Source of the DNA: the human T2T-CHM13v2.0 reference genome, Homo sapiens
Strand: one strand, 5' to 3'
NCBI RefSeq assembly: GCF_009914755.1
Contig: NC_060925.1
Length of the DNA: 64,000 bases
In this document: positions 29,408 through 54,450 of the stretch, in pieces
Layout of the letters: every line of letters begins with the position of its first letter
How positions within the stretch are numbered: position 1 is the stretch's first letter
The notes under the pieces: model-generated
Databases searched by the model: none
What the model saw: the letters and a program-made list of their open reading frames with translations, nothing else
What the model was told of the DNA's origin: nothing
Position numbers and translations under genes: made by a program

Positions 29408-29769
29408 TAAAGGTTGAAAAACAATTTTTCAAAAAGCTTACATTATAACTCTGTAAACATTGTTCATTGCAGGGTTTTGTGGTAACTATAGTTGTACTAG
29501 AAGTTTTGTTTTTTCCTAGAGTTTTGTTTTCTCTTTTATTGTTTGCCCTTGCATAGCCTTTCTAAATTCTCCATCACACCAGCTATTCTGAATTCCCTTT
29601 TCCCCCTGGGTCCTCCCTACCTGAATTTTCATTTTCCGTCCCCAGTTTAGGTTATTCCCTAAGTCTCAGGCTAAAATAGCTCTTAACTGTTGTCCTGAGT
29701 TGAGTCCTCTATTTTCCAGATTCCATGTCTTTTTTTCTTGGTTTCTATCATTGTACTGGAGCAGTCTCA

Positions 29770-29958
<189 letters not shown>

Positions 29959-30379
29959 TTAAAAGAAGAAAGAAAAGGAAAAATACATTAAAATGTCTTA
30001 GATCATTGATTTTCTCCCCCTGCCCAACCCCGAATTGGCTAATGGATAAGCAGGTTGATTTTCAGCTTTTAGGAAATGTATACATTTAATACAGTAAATT
30101 TCCTTCTAAGTTGCATCCCATGAGTTTTTATATTTAAGTATATCTTTTGCAAAGAGCATATAGTTGGATCTTGTTTTAGTTTTATTGTTATGTTTTGATC
30201 TAGTCTGAAAATCTTTGACTTTGCAGTGTTTAGTCTACTTATTGATATGCTTGGGTTTAAGTCTACCATCTTTCTATTTGTCCTATGTGTCCTTTTCTTT
30301 GTTACTCCTTTTTTGCTTTTTTTAATTAATCAAATAATTTTTAGATTTCTATTTTGTCTCCTGTTTTTGCTTGCATGTA

Positions 30380-30465
30380 CTCTCTCTTCCTCTCTTCCTT
30401 TCTCCATCCCTCTTCCTCCCTCCTTTCCTCTCCCTCCTTCCTTCTTTCTCCCTCCTTCCATCTCC
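30380..30465. repeat. Polypyrimidine CT-rich low-complexity tract
   Basis: tctctcttcctctcttcctttctccatccctcttcctccc... Confidence 0.85.
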
Positions 30466-30469
30466 CAGA

Positions 30470-30643
30470 TTTCACCTTTTTATAAGGATACCAGTCATAT
30501 TAGATTAGGGCCCATCCTGATGACCTCACTTAACTTGATTACCTCTGTAGAAATCCTGTCTTCAAATAATTCTGGGGTACTAGGAGTGAGGACTTCAACA
30601 TATGAGTCAGGGGGTGCAGAGATAGATAATTCACCCATAACAA
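30470..30643 (-). mobile_element. MLT1-type MaLR LTR fragment
   Basis: tataaggataccagtcatattagattagggccc...aggacttcaacatatga...cccataaca. Confidence 0.75.
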
Positions 30644-31182
30644 ATGGCTTCGTGTTTTTTATAAATTTTCAAAAATTCTCAGCTATTGATCTCAATTATT
30701 GTTACTGTTTCATCTCCCTCCTCTCCTCTTGGAACTCACATTAGTATGTATATTGGATCTCATTGTTGTGTTCCAAATGCCTTTTTTTATAGTCCTTTCT
30801 GAATTTTCCATCTTTTATTTCTCTTCTCTGCTTCCTTCTAGATATTCTACTAACTAGTCTTGTAATTCATTAATACTTTATTCTGTTGAATCTTATCTAT
30901 GATTAAACCAAACCCATCTGTTCTTAGTTGGTTTACTTTTCAGTTCTAGAATTGCCACTGAATTTTTTTAAAGAAAGAGTTCGATTTTCTGGTAAAATTT
31001 ATTCATCTTTTTAAATCTCACCATTATGAAAGATCTTAAGTCCAGTATGAAGACCTTTTTTTCCTGAATTATTTGAAAATAAGTTGCTTGTACCCCATTA
31101 TCCAAAATGTTTTAGTGTGTATTTCCTACTGGACATACTCTCCTACATAACCATCAGGTGTATGTATGTATTTATTTATTTA

Positions 31183-31762
<580 letters not shown>

Positions 31763-32222
31763 TCCAGGTGTAGTTATATAATCAGGAAATTAATTGATAC
31801 TTTGACACACTTATAATCTAATCCTCAGAACCGATTCATATTGGCCAGTTTTTATAGGAAAAGATCCTATCCAGAATCACAAGTTGCATTCGGTTGTCAT
31901 CTCTCTTTATTCTCCTTTGATCTGGAACAGTTTCTTAGCTTTCTCCTTGATTTTCGTGACCTAAATATGTTTGAAGATTACAAGTCAAATATTTTGTATA
32001 ATGTTTCCCAGTTTGAGTTTATTTGATATTTCTTTGTGATCAGGTTGAGGTTATGCATCTTTAGAAGGAATATCACAGAAGTGATTCTGTGTTCTCCATG
32101 TTTCGTCTTGTCAGATGGCACACAAGTTTGGTTTATCTCACTACCTGTAATGTTCCCCTTGATATTCTGATTAATGTGGCATCTTCCAGGCTTGTCCATT
32201 ATAAAGTTTTCCCTTGGTGATT

Positions 32223-33297
<1,075 letters not shown>

Positions 33298-33423
33298 CCA
33301 ATTAATGAATGTTTTGTGAGGAAGTATTTTGAAACTATGTAAATATCTTGTTCCTTACCAGACTTTCGATGTATTCATTTATTTATATGAATGGACTTGA
33401 ATCCTATTTACTCACTGTTTTAA

Positions 33424-34180
<757 letters not shown>

Positions 34181-35415
34181 TCAGTGTTTTTACTTAATCA
34201 GTTGTGGCCAGTCTCCCAGCACTTCCATCTCTCTCCAACCACCTTTATGGGTTTTCTTTTTATCCTGCTTAGACTCCAACATCCTTTGCAATGCCTCCCT
34301 CCCATGCAGACATTTTTCTCATTTTTGGGTCCATTCTCTCTAAGCCACTGAGTTTTTTCCCTCAGCTCCAGCTAATGGGTTGTGGACTAAATTGCTCACA
34401 GAGGAAGGGAAAGAAATTTTTCACTATTTTCATGAACATATTAATCATAGCTGTTTGGTTTTTGTCATATAGTTCCAATATTGGCTTCACCTGTTATGGG
34501 TATGTTAGTGGTGTTTGGTGTTTTTGTTTTGTTTTGTTTAGTGCCCAGAGGTAGCTGCTAATGTAGTGTCTGCATTTTCTTTTTAGCCATTTGGACCTAT
34601 CTCTTAGCATGCCTGCTAATTTTTTATCGAATGCTGAACATTAAAAGATTATGGAGTCTCTGGATGATTTTTCTTCCTTTAGAGACAGTTCACCCTTGTT
34701 TTGCTAGGCAGATATTGAGGCTGGTCATATTAATTAAATCTGAAACCTAACTGACTCGAGGCTGAATTGCAGTTTAAGCAAGGCTTGTTCCACCTCTGGT
34801 TCACTCCAGCTTCTGGAATGTAGATTTTTCCCACAGAGAGCCTGGAATGATCACTAAGCCCCCTTCTCCATGGCATGATTTGAACTCTCTAGTCCTTGTT
34901 TCCTCATCACTATGAGACCACTGCTTTTTCCAAGGTTTTCTGCTTGGCTTCTTCCCTCTCAAGCAGCTTCAGAATTCAGCAAATATCTTGAAGGAAAAAT
35001 TGTTGAGCCAGTTCTCTCTTTCATCAGAATCTTGGCCTTTCAGTCCTCTAATTTTTGCCTGTTAAGACCAGCAAGACTGTTAAAAGCTCTGCTTTTTTTC
35101 TTTTTATTTAATAGTGGCCCTCTCTTGTCCTTTTTGCCTTAATTCTCAGCTTCTTGCCTAGCTCCCCAGAATCAGCAGAATCCTAAGAGAAAATAATGTC
35201 AGCTTAGCTCTCCATGCTTTCCCTCTGATAGTATTTGCCACTTAGTTTTTGGTGGCCTTAGCACTCTCCAGTATATTCAAACAAGTGTGTCTGTGTATCT
35301 GGCTTTTCTACTTGTTCTTGATGGGAGCATTAGTCTACTATAAGCTACTGAGTTATATCAAAAGCAAAAAGCTAGATTCTAATGTATTCATATCTTTTTA
35401 AAAATAATGCTTCTT

Positions 35416-38085
<2,670 letters not shown>

Positions 38086-38137
38086 TGTTAACTTTCTGGT
38101 CTTTTTCCAAGGAGTAAACTCCTTTTTTCTCTTTTAG

Positions 38138-38420
38138 GCATATAAAACCTTTGCTAACCGAGTAAACAATTTAAAGAAGAAGTTGGATCAATTGAAGTCA
38201 ACCCTTCCAGATCCTGAAGAATCACCAGTTCCTTCCCCAAGCATGGACGCTCCCTCCCCGACTGGTTCTGAGTCTCCTTTTCAGGGAATGGGAGGTGAGG
38301 AATCCCAGTCACCAACCGTGGAGAGTGAGAAATCTGCCACACCTGAACCTGTGACAGATAATCGTGATGTGGAAGACATGGAACTCTCAGATGTGGAAGA
38401 TGATGGGTCAAAAATCATTG
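38138..38420 (+). CDS. RPRD2: RPRD2 coding exon 8
   Basis: cttttag|GCATAT...ATCATTG|gtatgt; 283 nt; AYKTFANRVNNLKKKLDQLKSTLPDPEESP...DVEDMELSDVEDDGSKII. Confidence 0.96.
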
Positions 38421-38609
38421 GTATGTCTTTATGTGATTAATAGACAACTTATTCCTTATCTGTTTTGCCTTCTCAGCAATGAATACATCACAGGCAGGTA
38501 TTGAAAGATAGTTCATTTCTTAAAAGATAGAACACCAAGGTAGCATTATAATCTCTAGAGCAGTTGTTGAGGATTTGATATGCCAAATGTGTTAAGAATC
38601 ATTGCTCAG

Positions 38610-39887
<1,278 letters not shown>

Positions 39888-40406
39888 TTGGGATGAGGGG
39901 TCACTTATACTGGAATTCCTTATTCTCTGTCACTTTTGACCATCAAGAATTCCAAAGTCAGTTTGTTAATCACACTTTCAGAAATAACCTGATTTGGTGA
40001 ATTGTTTCTCTTATATCCCCAGCCTTCATAAATCTTATTAGATAGTTTGACTCCTGTTGAATTCAATGCACTATTGATACAGCCCTTAAGGCATTAAAAA
40101 TAATTATTCAAGGTGATTGAGAGTTAAAACATTGTAGTTTCAAATTAGCTAGTGCCTGATTGCACCCCCCAATAGGGCAATTTCAGGAAGCCAGAGGAAA
40201 ATACAATGAACACTATAGAGGTTCTGTTTCTAAGAACAGAAGTTCTTAGAAAGTTCTCAGGTTAATGGAAAAGAAAAACACAGGACAATTTATGAAAAAT
40301 ATCATTTCCAAAAGACAGAACACAAATGTGTACCAAATAATAACATGCTTCTTGAATTGTACAGATTTAATACACAAATACTAAGAAAATGCAAAGGAAT
40401 CATTGA

Positions 40407-42105
<1,699 letters not shown>

Positions 42106-42422
42106 AATTTTTTAATAAATATCTATAATCCTGTTACCCCAAAGGAAACCACTTGTGTTTACCCTTAAAAGTATATGTGTATATGAATGTTTTGGAGAAG
42201 TAAATATGTATAACAATTTTTAAAAAAGTAAGTGTATTGCATATACTGTTTCAAAACTAGCTATTTAAAAGTTAATTACATATCTTGAATGTTTTTATGA
42301 ATCATTAAATATTTCTCTACATCATTTTTAATAGCTGCATAGCATGTGGTAACTTATCTAATCCTTTATTATTAGGCACTTAGTATGTTTCCAGTTTTTT
42401 ACTGTTATGAAGAATACTATAG

Positions 42423-44009
<1,587 letters not shown>

Positions 44010-44030
44010 GAAATTTTTTAAATAAATTTT

Positions 44031-44205
44031 GCCAGGCAAGGTGGGATACCGTGTAGTCCCAGCTACTCGGGAGGCAAATGCAGGAGGATCACTTGAAGCC
44101 AGGAATTCCAGGACGTGTAGTTCACTGTGATCACGCCTGTGAATGTCCACTGCACTCCAGCCTGAGCAACCCAGTGAGACCATATCTCAAAAACTAAATA
44201 AAAAT
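44031..44205 (+). mobile_element. FAM (fossil Alu monomer, 7SL-derived)
   Basis: diagnostic gatcacgcctgtgaatgtccactgcactccagcctgagcaac. Confidence 0.75.
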
Positions 44206-44713
44206 AAAGTATTTTAATATATAACTAAATTGATATCCAAAAAAGTGCTATTTTATATGACTAATATATGAAAGCTTCTGTTGTTCCTTACCTTCTCCAG
44301 TTACTTGCCTTGTGCAGTCTACAAATCCAGCCTTAAAAAGTTGTTTAATTTCCATTTCTTCTATGAAAGATGTTAAAAATTTTTTTCCTTTGCTTCTCAC
44401 TTAAGTTTCTTTGTGAAATATCTGTTCATATTTATCTTTTTTAAAATAACAAATGTTTTTCTCTTTATATATTTTATTTCCTGTGTTAAAGATCAACCCA
44501 GTGTTTTTAAATGTAAAAATATAAAGGAAATTTCTTAAATAATCTCATTTTAAAAGCTATTTCAAAAGCATATAACTTACCAGTCACATGAAATTATGCA
44601 GTGGCTGAGTTATACAACTGCAGTGGCTCTCAGCATCCAGTCAGCCAGCAGTATTTATTGAGCGCCTACAGGGCTCTGAACTGTAGGTGCCATTTGGTGG
44701 AGAAAAAAGATTG

Positions 44714-47418
<2,705 letters not shown>

Positions 47419-47753
47419 TTTTCTGAGACATGAATATATCTTTTTTTGTCCTAATGTTTTATAGAGGCTTCATTATTTATTATTTTATTTATTATTTTAT
47501 TAGAGTCTTAGATGTAGTATTTTTGTTTTCACCTACCTATAATCTCTCTCATTTGACCCTTTCTGTTCAGCTTTACTAATTATGTTTTGTGCATGACACT
47601 GCCTGTTTCTAACCTTTTTTCATAAATCTTTCCTACTCTCTACTCTCTTATGCTCCAGATACCAATGAAATCCTTTTTAAGTACCGTAGTATAATTATGA
47701 AATGAATTACAAATACCAGGGCAATATATTCAGTGTAGTGATTTACTCTATAT

Positions 47754-47968
47754 CAGTAGTCTCAACCAAAGGCCTCCAGGGAGGACACTTGGCAATATTT
47801 GGAGACCTTTTTAGTTGTCTCAACTGGGGTAATGGTAGGGGTGCTACTGCCTCTAGTGAGTAGAGGCCAGGAGGATGCTCCTAAATATCCTACAATGTGT
47901 GAGACAGCCCCAACAATAAAGAATTATCTAGCCCAAAGTGTCAGTAGTGCTGAGGTTGAGAAACCCTG
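47754..47968. mobile_element. MER20 hAT DNA transposon
   Basis: cagtagtctcaacc...ggcaatatttggagac...gaggttgagaaaccctg; 8-bp TSD ctctatat/ctctctat. Confidence 0.88.
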
Positions 47969-48192
47969 CTCTCTATCAAAGGAGTGGTGTAAAACAGTTT
48001 CCTAAACTGTTATGTAAGTGGATCATTCAAGCATATTATAGTGAACTTTGTCTGGAGGTGCAGAAGAATTTTGTTACACAGAACTAAATAGTATTAAGTA
48101 ATAATCCACAGCCCCTATCTATTGGCATCAGCAATAAAGAATTGATGATGACTGTAGCACATGTTGTACTACTAATATCAGGGACAATTTGA

Positions 48193-50431
<2,239 letters not shown>

Positions 50432-51415
50432 AAAAGTCTTCATTTGTGACCAGAAATTGGGTAAATTTTTAAAAATATTATTGAATTTATAGAACCTTCT
50501 GTTATCTTTTTGTCAAATATTTTTCTAAAAAATTTTCTACAGGAGCAGTTTGCTTTGTTGAACTTCAGCCTTTGCCCCAAAGAATTCTTTCTCAGTGCTT
50601 CTGAGAAAGTTTTGACTGTCAGTGAACACAGTTAAATTCCATCATTGTCAATCTGGACTAAATAATCCTTGGATTTTCCACACTATAAAATGGGGATTGT
50701 GTGTTTTCTTGTGAAAGGACCAGTGTCCCTGGTGGTCTGTCTTTGTAAGTCTTTGTGGTGTATGTTTGTTATAGCTACATTTTACAACCAAAACGGATGG
50801 TTGAAAGCATTGTTTTTCAAAAAGTAACAACAGTCTACCAAGAGGTGCTTCTTGAAAAAGGTGTTTGCTGTTCAGATAAGTTTCTGAAATTTGCATTTGC
50901 CTGTCTCCCGCTTGAAAATAACAATGTATATTAACTTATTAGAGATAATAAGTTTGAAGGTTGAAGGTTGGTTTGAAGGTTGGACAGGAAAGGTAGAACA
51001 GATCTGTTTGCATTTAGAGAAACACTTCCACAGATCAAACATTAAGAAATACTGGCTTAAAGTGTTGTTTTAAGAATAACTTTGCCTCCTTTCTTTTCCT
51101 GCTTTGCCTAACTTAAACTATGAATGATTCTGACATTAAAATCTCCCCCTTCCTGTTGCCTTTTATTGTGCCATGTTGGGCTGATTTCTGGACTGTACTG
51201 GAAACATTTCAGTGATTTGCTCTTTATTGATAAAATAGGCCCTGTATTTTCTGTGACATTTAGCCATTGCTTGTTTGGTCTGGATTCCTTTTGGCCTTAC
51301 ACTTTGTCTATCTGGTTCCCACCAAAATGAATGAGAGTATCTGATTAGCCTACATTGTTTGCATTGTATGATAGGGAGTTGTTCTTTTTAACCCCTCTAA
51401 TCTTTGTTTCTACAG

Positions 51416-54189
51416 GCCTGTCATCTTTACTTCAGAGTGTTACTGGGAACCCAGTTCCAGCCAGTGAAGCTGCCTCACAGAGCACTTCAGCCTCCCCTGC
51501 CAACACCACAGTCTCTACCATAAAGGGAAGAAATCTGCCCTCCAGTGCCCAACCTTTTATTCCCAAAAGCTTCAACTATTCTCCTAACTCATCAACTTCT
51601 GAAGTCTCTTCAACTTCAGCCAGCAAGGCCTCAATTGGGCAAAGCCCAGGGCTCCCAAGCACTACTTTTAAACTACCTTCCAACTCTTTGGGGTTTACAG
51701 CTACCCACAATACTAGCCCTGCTGCCCCACCTACTGAAGTTACCATCTGCCAATCTTCAGAGGTCTCCAAGCCAAAGCTGGAGTCAGAGTCCACCTCCCC
51801 AAGCCTGGAAATGAAGATTCACAACTTCTTAAAAGGTAATCCTGGTTTCAGTGGCTTAAACTTAAACATCCCAATCCTGAGCAGTTTGGGGTCCAGCGCC
51901 CCATCAGAGAGCCATCCCTCAGACTTCCAGCGTGGCCCTACTAGCACCTCAATCGACAACATTGATGGAACCCCTGTACGGGATGAACGGAGTGGGACAC
52001 CCACCCAGGATGAGATGATGGACAAGCCCACATCCAGCAGTGTAGATACTATGTCCCTGCTTTCTAAGATCATTAGCCCTGGTTCCTCAACACCCAGCAG
52101 TACAAGATCACCACCCCCTGGGAGAGATGAAAGCTACCCCCGAGAGCTCTCCAATTCTGTATCTACATATCGACCCTTTGGTCTGGGCAGTGAATCTCCC
52201 TATAAGCAGCCTTCTGATGGAATGGAGAGACCATCTTCCCTGATGGACTCTTCACAGGAAAAGTTCTACCCAGATACTTCTTTCCAAGAAGATGAGGATT
52301 ACCGAGATTTTGAGTATTCAGGGCCTCCACCCTCTGCCATGATGAACCTAGAGAAGAAACCAGCCAAATCTATCCTGAAATCAAGCAAGCTGTCTGATAC
52401 CACCGAGTACCAGCCAATTCTGTCCAGTTATAGCCACAGAGCCCAAGAATTTGGGGTAAAGTCTGCCTTCCCTCCATCTGTAAGGGCCCTCCTGGACTCT
52501 AGTGAGAACTGTGACCGTCTCTCATCTTCCCCTGGGCTATTTGGTGCCTTCAGCGTAAGAGGGAATGAACCTGGGTCTGACCGGTCACCATCACCGAGTA
52601 AGAATGATTCATTTTTCACCCCTGACTCCAACCACAATAGCTTGTCTCAATCTACCACTGGGCATCTCAGTTTGCCACAGAAGCAGTACCCAGACTCTCC
52701 TCACCCAGTCCCACATCGTTCCCTTTTCTCTCCGCAGAACACCCTTGCCGCTCCCACGGGTCACCCACCCACGTCAGGCGTGGAGAAAGTCCTGGCCTCC
52801 ACCATTTCCACCACGTCGACGATTGAATTTAAGAATATGCTTAAAAACGCCTCACGTAAGCCCTCAGATGATAAGCATTTTGGCCAGGCTCCCAGCAAGG
52901 GCACTCCAAGTGATGGTGTCAGTCTCTCAAACCTCACCCAACCCAGCTTGACCGCCACTGATCAGCAGCAACAAGAAGAGCACTACCGCATAGAAACCCG
53001 CGTCTCCTCCTCCTGCTTAGACTTGCCTGATAGCACAGAAGAAAAGGGGGCCCCTATAGAAACCTTGGGTTATCACAGTGCATCCAATAGGAGGATGTCA
53101 GGGGAGCCGATCCAGACCGTAGAGTCCATCCGAGTTCCTGGGAAGGGAAATAGAGGACATGGGCGTGAGGCTTCAAGGGTGGGTTGGTTTGATCTGAGCA
53201 CATCAGGTAGCTCTTTTGACAATGGCCCTTCAAGTGCCTCTGAGTTGGCATCCCTTGGGGGTGGGGGCAGCGGAGGCCTCACTGGCTTTAAAACAGCACC
53301 ATACAAGGAACGGGCACCTCAATTTCAGGAGAGTGTCGGCAGCTTTCGTTCCAACAGTTTCAACTCAACATTTGAGCATCATCTTCCCCCATCCCCCTTG
53401 GAACATGGGACACCCTTCCAGAGAGAGCCAGTGGGGCCATCATCTGCCCCACCTGTCCCTCCTAAGGATCATGGTGGTATCTTCTCTCGAGATGCACCCA
53501 CTCATCTACCCTCTGTGGATCTTTCGAACCCCTTCACAAAGGAGGCAGCCCTGGCCCATGCTGCCCCACCCCCTCCTCCTGGAGAGCACAGTGGAATTCC
53601 TTTCCCTACCCCACCTCCTCCTCCCCCTCCTGGGGAACATAGCAGCAGTGGTGGGAGTGGTGTCCCCTTTTCTACTCCACCCCCTCCTCCACCCCCTGTT
53701 GACCACTCTGGAGTTGTACCCTTCCCAGCCCCACCACTGGCAGAGCACGGAGTGGCAGGGGCTGTGGCAGTATTTCCCAAGGACCATAGTTCCCTCCTTC
53801 AAGGGACCCTGGCTGAGCATTTTGGGGTACTCCCAGGACCCAGGGACCACGGGGGCCCCACCCAACGGGACCTCAACGGCCCTGGCCTTAGCCGTGTACG
53901 AGAGAGCCTCACCCTACCCTCCCATTCTCTGGAACACCTGGGCCCACCCCATGGAGGAGGAGGTGGGGGAGGCAGCAACAGCAGCAGTGGCCCCCCCTTG
54001 GGTCCCTCACACAGAGACACCATCAGCCGGAGTGGTATAATCTTACGGAGTCCCCGGCCAGACTTTCGGCCTAGGGAACCTTTTCTCAGCAGAGACCCAT
54101 TTCACAGTTTAAAGAGACCCAGGCCACCTTTTGCTAGGGGCCCTCCGTTCTTTGCACCAAAACGCCCATTCTTCCCTCCCAGGTACTGA
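51416..54189 (+). CDS. RPRD2: RPRD2 terminal coding exon (2774 coding nt, Ser/Pro-rich disordered tail)
   Basis: branch-like ctctaat then tctttgtttctacag|GCCTG; lies in the 944-aa ORF and ends ...KRPFFPPRY-TGA (54187-54189); phase matches exon 10. Confidence 0.97.
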
Positions 54190-54407
54190 TGGAAACCAAG
54201 GGAAAGGCATTTTGAACAGTCTAGAGAACATTGGAAGTAGGAGTTTGGTTTATTGTTGTTGTTTTTATTTGTTTTCTCTTTCTCGATTTTTTTTTTATTA
54301 TAACAAAGGGCCTCTCTTCCAAAGTAAGAAATCACATACGCTTACGTTTTACTATTCAATTCAATCCTCCCTCCCATTGCACTTATCTACCTTCCCCAAG
54401 TTGTTTG

Positions 54408-54411
<4 letters not shown>

Positions 54412-54445
<34 letters not shown>
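54412..54445 (+). repeat. Genomic poly(A) tract A34 in 3' UTR
   Basis: 34 consecutive A with no Alu/L1 body upstream. Confidence 0.95.

Positions 54446-54450
<5 letters not shown>

Noticed and set aside
30226-30744. 172-aa hydrophobic ORF
   Set aside because: Built from T-rich antisense L1, a CT-rich tract and an MLT1 fragment.
44031-44205. 7SL RNA gene or pseudogene
   Set aside because: Lacks the S domain; matches the FAM monomer.
51355-51415. N-terminal 20 codons of the 944-aa ORF as a standalone gene start
   Set aside because: Starts at TTG and covers the branch point and polypyrimidine tract; the real exon begins at 51416.
54157-54186. C-terminal PY-NLS
   Set aside because: The protein ends in PRY, not the PY dipeptide required by the R-x(2-5)-PY consensus.
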